Position numbers and translations under genes: made by a program. From positions 298,019 through 362,018 of the IMG/VR virus record IMGVR_UViG_3300042502_001233: a DNA stretch of 64,000 nt; one strand, 5' to 3'. The notes beneath the pieces were generated by a model. It was not told the origin of the DNA. It saw only the letters and a list, made by a program, of their open reading frames with translations, and made no database searches. Positions 29,495 through 39,335 of the stretch are shown here, piece after piece (within the stretch, counting starts at the first letter, position 1; every line of letters begins with the position of its first letter).

Positions 29495-31777
29495 TTATAT
29501 AAGCACTTCTAAATCAGATTTTTTTATTAAACCAAAACTAGGGTGATAAACTTTATCAAACCTAATATACGGTGTTTCTATTTTTCTAGCATTAACATAA
29601 ACACCTTCTTCGGATAAGTATTTTTTAGAATTAATCATATCATTATAATCAAATCTACCATCATTGTTATTACGCAATAATTCCCAAGTTTGTTTTACCT
29701 TTTTAAACGTGTTAGAGTTTTCATCAAATTCTTCACTAAAAGTTTTTCTTATTGTAACAGAAAAAGTGTCAGTAAAATTATTTGGGTCATCGTGATATTG
29801 TGCTATAACAAATACACTGTTACCATTAGACCTTAATTTGTTACCACCAGCTGTTATTGTTTTTGTTTTTGATTTAGAAAAATACATAACAGGATAGATT
29901 TTAGTTAAACAATCCAAACTCTTAGCCAAGGTTTCTCTTAACTCTCTAACCAATATTTTTTCATACATCGCTTGAAATTCATTATAGATAACATAAAATC
30001 TATCAATAGATAAATTTTCACCACTATATTGTTTTAAATGTGCAAACCAAGAATTAGATAAATTGTTAGTATACAAAATTTCTCTCATTTTGGTTTCACT
30101 TCTATTATCAAATAGCATAACATAAACCTCTGGGCTCAAATAATAACCCCATCTGTTACATCTACCAATACGTTGTAAAGTTGTTTCTGGTGATAACACT
30201 GATTCATATAATTTATTGAATGATATGTCTAAACTAGACTGTATTATAGGTGTACCCATAACATTTGGTTTAGTTAAACTTCTATCGGAAGTTTTACCAT
30301 AGTCTTCATATAATTTAGCAAAATTTTTCTCCCTATCTGATTTTACAAAATCAGAATGGAACAGAGAAGCACATGAAAATTTGTTTTTGTTTAACTGCGA
30401 TGTTTTTATCGCGTTCATAACTACCAAAGAAGATGAATTTGGTTCTACGATTGCTTCTCCATCTATCGTATTGAACAAAAATTCAACACTATGTGGTGCA
30501 TTGAAATGTCTGTGTTTTTCTGGTAAAATCAAAGTTTTAGCACCTATAGAATCCCATAACGCGCACATGTTTGTTGGTGTTGCTGATAGTAAAAGAGTGT
30601 TAGCTCTGGTGAAACGGTTTCTAGTTGTCATTATGTTTATAAAACTTGAAAACAAAGCAGTTTCTTTACCAATTAATTCATGAAATTCATCAAATATAAC
30701 ATCAGAGTTTATAATGGTGTATAACCTAGATGCTACGTTATTGTTGATACTAGGTGTTAGATAATTATCTATATTAGTTACTATTATATTTGAATCGAAC
30801 CCCTTTGAATTATGTGTACTTTTTTTAACTTCGCTAGAGTAAAACAACTCAACTGAAATATTATTATCCCCAAACAATTTTAACTCTTCGTTTATTGTTT
30901 TATATACAGATTGAGCAATTACGTTAGTTGGGCAAACCCAAATAACTCTTTTATTCCTTGTTATTGCAAACAACATCCCTAACAAAGTTTTACCGAAACC
31001 AGCTGGTGCGTTAATTTGTGTTGTTTTTTCTGTTGATTCAACAATTGAAAGTTGGTTAGTAAAACGTTCATTACCAAAAAATTTATGTTTTTTAATGTCG
31101 ATACCATATTCTACAGTATTGTAGTTTGAAATCAAATCTTTAATTTCTTCATCAGTTGCCGTTTCATATTTTGAGGCTAACCTATCAGCAGAAATCACAC
31201 AAGACCTAATTAAAAGATTTTCAGCATTTTTTTGATAACAATCATCACCAACCATATAAAACATTGGAGTATTTTTAGGGACGTAGTCTTTTTCCTCAAA
31301 ATAAATTCTATCGTTAGAAACGTTTTTCTTTATGATATCATTAGCAAAACCCATCATAATTTTAAACTCTTCTTCTGTAATATTTTTCTCAATATCCGTG
31401 TCTTTATATTTACCAAATTCATTACTAATACCGTGATGCCAATAAATAACGTTTAGAATTTTTTCTAATGTTTCTTTATTTATACCGTTTAAATATCTAC
31501 TTAAAAAAGCCCAACCTATTTCATTATGCCTAAACTTTTTGTCGGTAGGTAATTTTTCTTCAATTTGGTCCTCAGATAAACCTTTATTTAACTTTTTTTG
31601 AAAGAATTCAGTGCATTTACCGATATCGTGCAACAGTGATGAAACTTTTATTACTAATAACGTTTCGTCATTAATTTCTAAAATCGTTTGTCTCGCAATT
31701 TCTTCTGCAAACTTTGAAACCAAAATAGAGTGGTCTTCCAAACTTTGACCAGAACTTTTTGCTAAAATGATACTCAT
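29495..31777 (-). CDS. cas3: Cas3 HD nuclease-helicase (no Cas2 fusion)
   Basis: LAKS..SLEDH, LLHDIGK, RHNE, HHG, SADRLAS; APAGFGKT, FDEFH, SAT, SLDISF, QRIGRCNR. Confidence 0.96.
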   Translation of the reverse strand: MSIILAKSSGQSLEDHSILVSKFAEEIARQTILEINDETLLVIKVSSLLHDIGKCTEFFQKKLNKGLSEDQIEEKLPTDKKFRHNEIGWAFLSRYLNGINKETLEKILNVIYWHHGISNEFGKYKDTDIEKNITEEEFKIMMGFANDIIKKNVSNDRIYFEEKDYVPKNTPMFYMVGDDCYQKNAENLLIRSCVISADRLASKYETATDEEIKDLISNYNTVEYGIDIKKHKFFGNERFTNQLSIVESTEKTTQINAPAGFGKTLLGMLFAITRNKRVIWVCPTNVIAQSVYKTINEELKLFGDNNISVELFYSSEVKKSTHNSKGFDSNIIVTNIDNYLTPSINNNVASRLYTIINSDVIFDEFHELIGKETALFSSFINIMTTRNRFTRANTLLLSATPTNMCALWDSIGAKTLILPEKHRHFNAPHSVEFLFNTIDGEAIVEPNSSSLVVMNAIKTSQLNKNKFSCASLFHSDFVKSDREKNFAKLYEDYGKTSDRSLTKPNVMGTPIIQSSLDISFNKLYESVLSPETTLQRIGRCNRWGYYLSPEVYVMLFDNRSETKMREILYTNNLSNSWFAHLKQYSGENLSIDRFYVIYNEFQAMYEKILVRELRETLAKSLDCLTKIYPVMYFSKSKTKTITAGGNKLRSNGNSVFVIAQYHDDPNNFTDTFSVTIRKTFSEEFDENSNTFKKVKQTWELLRNNNDGRFDYNDMINSKKYLSEEGVYVNARKIETPYIRFDKVYHPSFGLIKKSDLEVLI

Positions 31778-31818
31778 ATTTATTTTTATTATATAAACTT
31801 ATTATTTTTAATACTAGA

Positions 31819-31848
31819 AAATAAAAGGTGCTTTCACACCTTTTATTT
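31819..31848. terminator. intrinsic terminator upstream of cas3
   Basis: AAATAAAAGGTG-CTTTCA-CACCTTTTATTT. Confidence 0.7.
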
Positions 31849-33449
31849 TAAATTTCAAACGTTGTAAACTCACCATCGATAAAGTTCAAATGCTGAGCCC
31901 TACCATCGTTATGGATAATAACATGTGATTGTAACCATGAACTTGGTCCTTGATTATATCCAACTCGTAGTCTAGTTGTTGTACCAACCGCCACAGCACC
32001 ATCTTTTCTTCCAGGACTATGGTAATGTCCCACGACAATCTTAGTGTTCAATTTTCTAAACTGTAGCAAAGAACCTCTACTACCGTTAGAACCTATATCA
32101 CCATGTTGTCCTAACTCCCAACCTTTAACTTTGTAAGATGCTGCTCTTCCAAGTGTTTTAAATTTAGGGAATTTTTCATTGATAAGACTAGGGATAACAC
32201 CTTTAACGTTGTAAGGGTCTTTACCGTACTGTTCTAACAAAATGTCAGAATACTTCATGTACAATCTAGAGTTCTTATACGTAGGTTGTTTCTTCCAATC
32301 TTCATTCTTTAACCATCTATCCAAGAAATCATCGTGATTACTTCTTACGATTACCACATTTTTAAATTTCTCAAAAGACTCAAGACCAGCCATCATAGCA
32401 TTAACTTCTTTTTCCAAGTCGTTAGTACCAGTCATCTCTTTACCGTATTGGATAAACGGGTCTTTCATCTGGTGATGACTAATTGAATCACCATCAAACA
32501 CATCATGTAACACAACATGTTCTGGTTTTATTTTGTCCAAAAATGATAGCGTTGTGTCTAACACTTCTTGGTCATGGTGACCGTAGTGAATGTCACCCAA
32601 TACAGCAGCAGCTATTGAGTTTATTTGACTTATACCACCATCTTCAACACGATAGATTAAATCGGTAAAATTACCTGATTTATCATCGGACGTTACTTGT
32701 CTAACAAAAAATGTTTCATCATCTTTAATTTCGACAATTGCAAATCCAAAAGTATGGTGAAACTCTCCTACTTTACCAGCTTTAGCATCAGTGTAGTTCT
32801 TCATAGTAACAGCACCAGTGGTAAGCATGATTTTAGGTTTGTTTCCTTCCAACACAGGAATCATCTCTAGTTGTACCTTCGGACTACCAAAGATACATGA
32901 GTTAACCCCGCTAAGGGCTTGCATACCAGTCATTGGGTTTACAGCTGTTGGTTGTACTTTGATGTCTGACAAAATAGAAACATACTTGTGTATGTCATGT
33001 CTGTTTGCATCTAAGTAAGGTTCAACCTCTTTTTTCCAATGTTCTTCATTTTTATTGTTGTTGGTCCAGATACTCGTAGGGTTTTTGTAACGCCCAGCGA
33101 TTACCAAGATTTCAGCATCAATAAATTCAGCATAAGCTTCCATGTTTCGCAACAGTTTCTTATGGACTGGTGTGTTGTTTTGTGCCCAACTAATAATGAA
33201 TCTTTTTTTCTCATCACTATGTTGTTTGGTCTTGGCTTTGATGTACTGCTCTGGTTCAACTTCTTGTTTTTCTTTGAACCCAAGTTTTTTAAACCATTTT
33301 CTTACTGTTCTTTCTGAAAGATTAAATTCATCACCTAATTTTATAGCTAATCGCTCAACTGTTAAATTATTATCTAACCTATTATCATATTCTGATTTAA
33401 AACGTGTAATTATTTCATCAGTTAAATCTTTAAATTTAATTTTGTTCAT
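31848..33449 (-). CDS. HTH plus calcineurin-like phosphoesterase/nuclease, T5 A1-like
   Basis: SERTVRKW HTH; AQNNTPVH; GDIH, HDVFDG, SNHD, HGD, GHYH. Confidence 0.75.
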   Translation of the reverse strand: MNKIKFKDLTDEIITRFKSEYDNRLDNNLTVERLAIKLGDEFNLSERTVRKWFKKLGFKEKQEVEPEQYIKAKTKQHSDEKKRFIISWAQNNTPVHKKLLRNMEAYAEFIDAEILVIAGRYKNPTSIWTNNNKNEEHWKKEVEPYLDANRHDIHKYVSILSDIKVQPTAVNPMTGMQALSGVNSCIFGSPKVQLEMIPVLEGNKPKIMLTTGAVTMKNYTDAKAGKVGEFHHTFGFAIVEIKDDETFFVRQVTSDDKSGNFTDLIYRVEDGGISQINSIAAAVLGDIHYGHHDQEVLDTTLSFLDKIKPEHVVLHDVFDGDSISHHQMKDPFIQYGKEMTGTNDLEKEVNAMMAGLESFEKFKNVVIVRSNHDDFLDRWLKNEDWKKQPTYKNSRLYMKYSDILLEQYGKDPYNVKGVIPSLINEKFPKFKTLGRAASYKVKGWELGQHGDIGSNGSRGSLLQFRKLNTKIVVGHYHSPGRKDGAVAVGTTTRLRVGYNQGPSSWLQSHVIIHNDGRAQHLNFIDGEFTTFEI

Positions 33450-34341
33450 TCATTTTTAATTTTAATATCTTTGTTATTTTATTCACATTTTCATTATATT
33501 TTATTACTATTAATTTAATTTTATTTTTTTCACAATAATCTTTTTTTATAGCATCAGTTTTTTGTTGCTCCTTAAAACGTTTTTCACCACCAAAATAATC
33601 GATAGGTTTATAATGTTGTATACCATTAAATTCAATACATGTATTATATTCTGGTAGATAGAAATCAAAAGGTAAAACATTTTTATTTTTACATTCATCA
33701 AACTTATGTTGTGGGATAAATTTAATCGAAAATTTATCTAGTAATTCTCTAATCTTATTTTCACCTTTAGATTCTTTACAAAAAGGACATCCTTGTCCTT
33801 TTAAGTGATTTTGTGGTGTTTGCTCGAAGTTACCATGATTTGAACAAATCATTTTTACTTTTTCACCAAAACCTAAATATTCAACCAACGAATAATCATA
33901 TTTATCATTATGAACTAATTTTGCTTTTTCAATAAATTTTAAAACTTTAGTTTTTCTTTTGATAAAACTACACAGTTCACAATCTCTACCCTTTAAATGA
34001 TTAGATGGTGTTTGTTCAAATTCACCATGTATCGGACAAATTATTTTTACTTTAGTATCATAATTAATGTATTCAACATTAGAGTAATTAAACTTGTCAC
34101 CATGTATTGATTTGCTTTTCCCAATAAAATCATCTATGGATATTTTTTGTTTATCTTGTGAGCATTTAGAACACCCATAACCACTTAAATGACCACTAGC
34201 TCTTTGTTCAAACTCACCATGAATTGGACAGATTATTTTTACTTTAAACTTACTTTCAGTATATTCAACTAATGAATAATCAAACTTATCACCATGAATT
34301 AACTTAGCTTTCTCAATAAATTTTAAATTTTTATCTATCAT
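33436..34341 (-). CDS. putative homing endonuclease (three CPIHG Zn repeats plus Vsr-like domain)
   Basis: ICPIHGEFEQ repeats; LPFDFYLP...IEFNGIQHY. Confidence 0.85.
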   Translation of the reverse strand: MIDKNLKFIEKAKLIHGDKFDYSLVEYTESKFKVKIICPIHGEFEQRASGHLSGYGCSKCSQDKQKISIDDFIGKSKSIHGDKFNYSNVEYINYDTKVKIICPIHGEFEQTPSNHLKGRDCELCSFIKRKTKVLKFIEKAKLVHNDKYDYSLVEYLGFGEKVKMICSNHGNFEQTPQNHLKGQGCPFCKESKGENKIRELLDKFSIKFIPQHKFDECKNKNVLPFDFYLPEYNTCIEFNGIQHYKPIDYFGGEKRFKEQQKTDAIKKDYCEKNKIKLIVIKYNENVNKITKILKLKMNEQN

Positions 34342-34363
34342 AATATTCTTTTATAATAAATAT

Positions 34364-34531
34364 CTAAATAAAACCAAAAAGACAAAGTTTAAACCATTTT
34401 CTGACAGTACGTTCAGACTTACCGAAAAGGTTTACTAACATTTTCATTCGGTCATCCCAAGACATGTCTTTGTTTAAGTAGATTTCTCTAGCTTCTTGAA
34501 TACGTTCATCCGTTAATTCATTAAATTTCAT
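34364..34531 (-). pseudogene. orphaned original 5' end of the A1-like gene (55 codons)
   Basis: MKFNELTDE...SERTVRKWFK versus KFKDLTDE...SERTVRKWFK in 31848-33449. Confidence 0.8.
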
Positions 34532-34586
34532 TTAAACTTATTTATCTCTTGTTATGTTTTTAACAAATATACATAAAAAAAATGAA

Positions 34587-35411
34587 TTATGCAATATTAT
34601 CCTCAGCTATTTGAATAGTCGGAATAAGTTTATACAAGTATTCTTTTTCTTGCGTAAAAATTGGTATGTTGTAGTCTGGCAACCATTTGCTTCTTTGAAC
34701 TGGCTCACCATTTTGACCGTCAACCCAAATGGTTTGTTTTTTTACAACAACACCTCTTTTGTATTTAACTTTGTAATCATTCCAATTTACACCTTTCTCT
34801 TTGAAAAGCATTTCTTGTTTTTCTTCACCAGACTTATTCATAGTAGCTGAGTGACCTAACAAAGCGTGAGCGGCCATACTAATACTGTTTCTAGTGCAGT
34901 CTTGTTGTCTCCATATAATATAGTTAGCTACCTCTCTAATATCTGGTATCACAAATACTCTAGAATCAAAAACAGCATCAATTTCTGGAAATTCACCACT
35001 AATGATTTTTTCCATTAAATTAAATTCCTCTGGTTTAAATGCAGCAAGCATTCTTAGCATGGTTTTATTAAACGCAGCTGTCATCTTTGAAGCTGAAATG
35101 CTACATAATTTTTGTAGTTTTCCATCAAATGGTAATTCAGCATCAATGTTGTCGATTGTTGAAAAAACAAGACTAACTTCATCTGATTGCGTATAAGCAA
35201 ACAACGGATTCAAATATTTGCATAGTTCAATAGTAGCGGCATCCATCACATTGGATAGAATGTCGTCAAATGGTTTCTCAAACATTTTTGTATATTTGCT
35301 AAACCCCTTACCATCAAGTCTTATGATAACATAAGACCTATTAGGTATTTTAAAATTATAGCAACTTTCGTATTCCTTCATACGGTCGCTAAAGCTTGTG
35401 TTTTTTCCCAT
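34587..35411 (-). CDS. tRNA(His) guanylyltransferase Thg1-like protein
   Basis: RLDGKGFSKYT, YTQSDEVSL, FDSR, WRQQDCTRNS. Confidence 0.95.
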   Translation of the reverse strand: MGKNTSFSDRMKEYESCYNFKIPNRSYVIIRLDGKGFSKYTKMFEKPFDDILSNVMDAATIELCKYLNPLFAYTQSDEVSLVFSTIDNIDAELPFDGKLQKLCSISASKMTAAFNKTMLRMLAAFKPEEFNLMEKIISGEFPEIDAVFDSRVFVIPDIREVANYIIWRQQDCTRNSISMAAHALLGHSATMNKSGEEKQEMLFKEKGVNWNDYKVKYKRGVVVKKQTIWVDGQNGEPVQRSKWLPDYNIPIFTQEKEYLYKLIPTIQIAEDNIA

Positions 35412-35453
35412 TGTTTTAAATTTGTTTTTCCTATTTTATTTTTTATATTTTGA

Positions 35454-36437
35454 TTAAAAACGTGCTTTTTTAAGACCTTCATAACTTGATTGACTGTTGA
35501 TTGCAATAACCGCGTAAGCTATTTGCGTTGCAACTGAGATTGATTTGATTTTAGTTACACCAAAACCAATTGGACCAGCACCCTTATCCAAGGAATCACT
35601 TATAATCAATTCTTTAAGGACCGATTTTTCAATACGACCTAACGCTGGACCAGACAACACACCATGGCTAATAATCGCTCTTACACTGTTAGCACCAGCT
35701 TCCATGATAACTTCAGCTGCTTTGCATAGTGTACCAGCGGTATCAACCATATCATCTAAGATAATAACGTCTTTACCAGTTACATCACCAATGATAATCA
35801 TTTCATCAATGACATTGGCTTGGCTACGAGTCTTATCCAACATAACATAGTTAATGGCAATGTTGTGATATTTAGCTAATTGGTCTTTCATACGTTTAAC
35901 TCTTTTTCCAGAGCCAGCGTCAGGTCCGCACAATATTGTGTTCTCGTTATAGATACTAGCGATGTATTCACTAAACACGTTTTTACCTTCCAAGTGTGTT
36001 ACTGGAATATTGAAAAAACCTTGAATTTGGTCTGCATGTAAATCAAATGTGATTACACCAGTCGCTCCACGATTTTCAATCATTTCAACCATCACTTTGG
36101 CACCAATTGGTCCGCGTGATTGGTCTTTCTTGTCACTTCTCTGATAAGGAAAAAATGGTAAAATAGGGATGATTTCTTTAGCAGCAGCACGTTTGGCCGC
36201 ATCTATCGCTAAATTTAGCTTGATAATCTCGTCGGAGTTGTTAGGGCTTGTCAAAAGATAAACTCGTTTACCTCTAATAGAATTACAGAAATCCACACAT
36301 AATTCTCCGTCTGAGAACTTTTGTGAATTAACCTTATCAACAACGATAGGGTCTTTGGATATTTTTTTGATTGCTTTGATAACACCATTGGTCAAATCTT
36401 CTCGACCATCAATTGATATAAGGACTGATTCTAACAT
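35454..36437 (-). CDS. prs: ribose-phosphate pyrophosphokinase family protein
   Basis: FSDGE, PYQRSDKK, DLHADQIQGFF, PDAG, DDMVDTAGTL. Confidence 0.92.
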   Translation of the reverse strand: MLESVLISIDGREDLTNGVIKAIKKISKDPIVVDKVNSQKFSDGELCVDFCNSIRGKRVYLLTSPNNSDEIIKLNLAIDAAKRAAAKEIIPILPFFPYQRSDKKDQSRGPIGAKVMVEMIENRGATGVITFDLHADQIQGFFNIPVTHLEGKNVFSEYIASIYNENTILCGPDAGSGKRVKRMKDQLAKYHNIAINYVMLDKTRSQANVIDEMIIIGDVTGKDVIILDDMVDTAGTLCKAAEVIMEAGANSVRAIISHGVLSGPALGRIEKSVLKELIISDSLDKGAGPIGFGVTKIKSISVATQIAYAVIAINSQSSYEGLKKARF

Positions 36438-36671
36438 AAGTTATAATTTTTAGCAAAGATACTAAATAAAAAATGAATAACCAAACGGTTATTCATTTTT
36501 TTTAGTGTTTTTTGCGATTAAAAATATAACCCACGATATAACTCCTGCTATCGCTAAGTATTTAACCAAGTAGGCAAATACCATTATCCCAATCCAAACA
36601 GATTTAAGGATAATTATTACTAGCAAAACAGCTAGGAATATCAAAAGAAATTTTATTCTTCTCATTTTTTA

Positions 36672-37121
36672 TTAATTTATAATTATTGAACCAGTTCCAG
36701 CATTGGTGATGATTTTGTTATCACCAACATCTTTTACGTTAAGGATGAATTCTCCTTTTGGTGGGTAAATAAATTTACAACTCGACCCACCCAAAGATTC
36801 ATAAATTGTACTTGATTTAACTGAAAAAGAATACACAAATTCAGAACCACCTTCATAACTTCTTCCAGATATCGTGTAAAATGGTTTAGACACAATTTGT
36901 TTTTTACCATTAACCTCCATCGTTACTATAGCGTCTCTAAAAATTTCAATTTCTTTTTTGAAATTAGGGTCTTCGCTGGTTACTAACGATTCTGGTACCG
37001 TTAGCGTCATAGTGTCTGTGTTTTTATCGTATGATAATGTTACACCTTTTACAGTTACCGTTTGAGCAACCATAGATATTGTTGCGAAAAACAACAATAA
37101 ACTTACTTTAATTTTTTCCAT
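36672..37121 (-). CDS. secreted hypothetical protein
   Basis: Signal-peptide-like N-terminus ending VAQ. Confidence 0.65.
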   Translation of the reverse strand: MEKIKVSLLLFFATISMVAQTVTVKGVTLSYDKNTDTMTLTVPESLVTSEDPNFKKEIEIFRDAIVTMEVNGKKQIVSKPFYTISGRSYEGGSEFVYSFSVKSSTIYESLGGSSCKFIYPPKGEFILNVKDVGDNKIITNAGTGSIIIN

Positions 37122-37465
37122 TCTCTTATGTTGTATTTGGTTTTATATTTTCCTAATTCGTAACTACCGTTATACAACACAATGTCTATGGCTGTTGGTA
37201 ATTCATCGTACAATTTATCCCACTCTGCTTTTTGTTCGTCAGAGTATGTTTTAGGACCTTCAACAGCAAAAGGGTCCATGTCTTTATCAAAACCATTTAG
37301 AATTAAATCTATAGCTTCGTATAAATCATCCTCACCAAACGGTGGAAGGTTCTCTACCCCATCATGACCTAACGCCACAATTTGATTTTCGCTGTTAAAA
37401 GACCAACGCAACTGTTTAATCAATTTAACGTGTTCTTCTTTTAACTCAAATTTTAATACGCTCAT
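37103..37465 (-). CDS. hypothetical protein
   Basis: 120-aa ORF in operon. Confidence 0.7.
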   Translation of the reverse strand: MSVLKFELKEEHVKLIKQLRWSFNSENQIVALGHDGVENLPPFGEDDLYEAIDLILNGFDKDMDPFAVEGPKTYSDEQKAEWDKLYDELPTAIDIVLYNGSYELGKYKTKYNIREWKKLK

Positions 37466-38220
37466 TATTTGTCGTTTTTATCGTCTCCAACAGCCTGAAC
37501 CATTAGATTATTTACTAGTTCTGACACACCTTCCACAGCACCTTTCTCAATGTATGTGATGTCTAATTCTGGATACTCCAACCCCAATGATTTGGTAGGT
37601 GCTGGGTCCACGAAATAGATTGGTACATCACGTTTACATTTTTCAAAGAAATTGTATGTGTAACCTATGTTCATGCTAGTACCAACAACAATGATAATAT
37701 CTGCTTCAATAAACGCTTCTAACGCTTCATAGAAGAAGAAAGGATATTCACCAAACCAAACAATATGTGGTCTTAATTGTGCATTATATTCTTCATCTTT
37801 ATCACCCATGTTTATATCACAATAACCGATGTCATAAACCTTTTGTGTCGCAACAAGTGTTTGGTTGTTCATTCCAAAACAAGTTCTAGCTTTGGTCAAT
37901 TCACCATGCAAGTGAATTATATTGGTAGAACCACCTCTTTCATGCAAATCATCAACATTTTGTGTTACGATTGTAACCTCGTGCTTAGATTCTAACGCAG
38001 CCAACGCTGTATGGGCATTGTTTGGTTCTACTGTAGGTAATTGTTTACGTCTAGCATTGTAAAAATCCAACACTTTAGAACGGTCTTTAGCCCAACCTTC
38101 TGGTGTGGCAACCTCATCAATCTTAAAATTTTCCCACAAACCATCCTTGGAATCTCTAAAGGTTTCAATTCCAGATTCTTTGCTGATACCAGCACCAGTA
38201 AAAACTACTATTTTACCCAT
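37465..38220 (-). CDS. cobB: Sir2-family NAD-dependent deacylase
   Basis: GAGISKESGIETFR, TQNVDDLHERGG, HLHG, RPHIVWFGE, VGTS. Confidence 0.93.
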   Translation of the reverse strand: MGKIVVFTGAGISKESGIETFRDSKDGLWENFKIDEVATPEGWAKDRSKVLDFYNARRKQLPTVEPNNAHTALAALESKHEVTIVTQNVDDLHERGGSTNIIHLHGELTKARTCFGMNNQTLVATQKVYDIGYCDINMGDKDEEYNAQLRPHIVWFGEYPFFFYEALEAFIEADIIIVVGTSMNIGYTYNFFEKCKRDVPIYFVDPAPTKSLGLEYPELDITYIEKGAVEGVSELVNNLMVQAVGDDKNDK

Positions 38221-38513
38221 TATCGATTAAAGATTAATCTAAATAGCGCACCTAGGACTCTAATTGTGATGAAAAACCCACCAACAAAACCAAAATCGTA
38301 CCAAGCACCGTTATTATGTACAGCATACACAGCAACATCGTCCCAGATAAGACTACCAATAAAAGATGGCATCATAATCATACCATGCCATGTTCCACCC
38401 CAGAAACCATATATGTGTTCGTTAGGATTTGGAAATTGAACTTGTGCAACATCTGCACATGATGTAGCGAACATTAACAACGCTAACGCCACAAAGATAA
38501 ACATTTTTTTCAT
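38220..38513 (-). CDS. small membrane lipoprotein
   Basis: Lipobox-like ATSC; GFWGGTWHG...WYDFGF. Confidence 0.7.
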   Translation of the reverse strand: MKKMFIFVALALLMFATSCADVAQVQFPNPNEHIYGFWGGTWHGMIMMPSFIGSLIWDDVAVYAVHNNGAWYDFGFVGGFFITIRVLGALFRLIFNR

Positions 38514-38914
38514 TCTAATAATTTTTTTATTTGTTTTATTTTTTCGTTAACTCTTTGGTTAACTCTTTCTTCTACCACTCTACTCAACACAGATTCAATA
38601 ATAGTTTCAGTTATCTTATCTATTTTATCATCAATGTGTCGTTTCAATGATGTTTCAAATTCGGCTAACCGTTTATCAATTTCTCTCTTAAGATATTCTC
38701 TCTTTCGTTCTATATCTTCTTGTGTTTGTGATAGTAATTCTTGGTCGATAAACTTATGTAATTCTTCCCTTAATTCTTTAGGTGTAATCACCATATCATC
38801 CCCATAACTGTTTGTGAATTTAACAAAATCATTATCTGAAATTTGTATCGAACCACTTAATGAGTCAAGCCTTCTAAAATCGTTATATGCGTTTAAATCA
38901 CTTATTCTCGCCAT
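38510..38914 (-). CDS. coiled-coil hypothetical protein
   Basis: 134-aa charged helical ORF. Confidence 0.65.
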   Translation of the reverse strand: MARISDLNAYNDFRRLDSLSGSIQISDNDFVKFTNSYGDDMVITPKELREELHKFIDQELLSQTQEDIERKREYLKREIDKRLAEFETSLKRHIDDKIDKITETIIESVLSRVVEERVNQRVNEKIKQIKKLLE

Positions 38915-39335
38915 AATGGTTCAACATTAACTCGTAAACCTCTTGCCAATCCGTTTCTGGGCTGAAACCTGCTTTGTCCTCAAACAAAACATTCATATAA
39001 GGTTTTTTATCGTAATTCCCATAACCTTTAGGGTCAGTAGGAATCTCTGGGTTCTCATTCACGTATTTAAAATGAATATCGTTCTCAAGGAACAATCTTT
39101 GATATTCAATTACTTCATGTGGGTGAGAACACGTATACAAGAACATAACCACTTCTGGTATTGTACTTAACAATTTAAGTGTTTCTTTAGCCATTGGGTA
39201 AAACTCATCAGGTGTGTTACCATATTGATAGTTAGGTTTAAGGATTGTCCCGTGAATATCAAAGGCGAAATAACCTTTATCCCATCCTCTTTTTTCTTTA
39301 TTTCTAAAAAAATTTTTAATTGCTGTACTTACCAT
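38898..39335 (-). CDS. HAD-like hydrolase
   Basis: FDIHGT, LYTCS, KPY...EDKAGF. Confidence 0.75.
   Translation of the reverse strand: MVSTAIKNFFRNKEKRGWDKGYFAFDIHGTILKPNYQYGNTPDEFYPMAKETLKLLSTIPEVVMFLYTCSHPHEVIEYQRLFLENDIHFKYVNENPEIPTDPKGYGNYDKKPYMNVLFEDKAGFSPETDWQEVYELMLNHYGENK

Noticed and set aside
31848-33449. 533-aa gene next to cas3 as a possible Cas8 or accessory Cas nuclease
   Set aside because: It has a full calcineurin-like phosphoesterase motif set and an HTH (T5 A1-like), and is separated from cas3 by a terminator.
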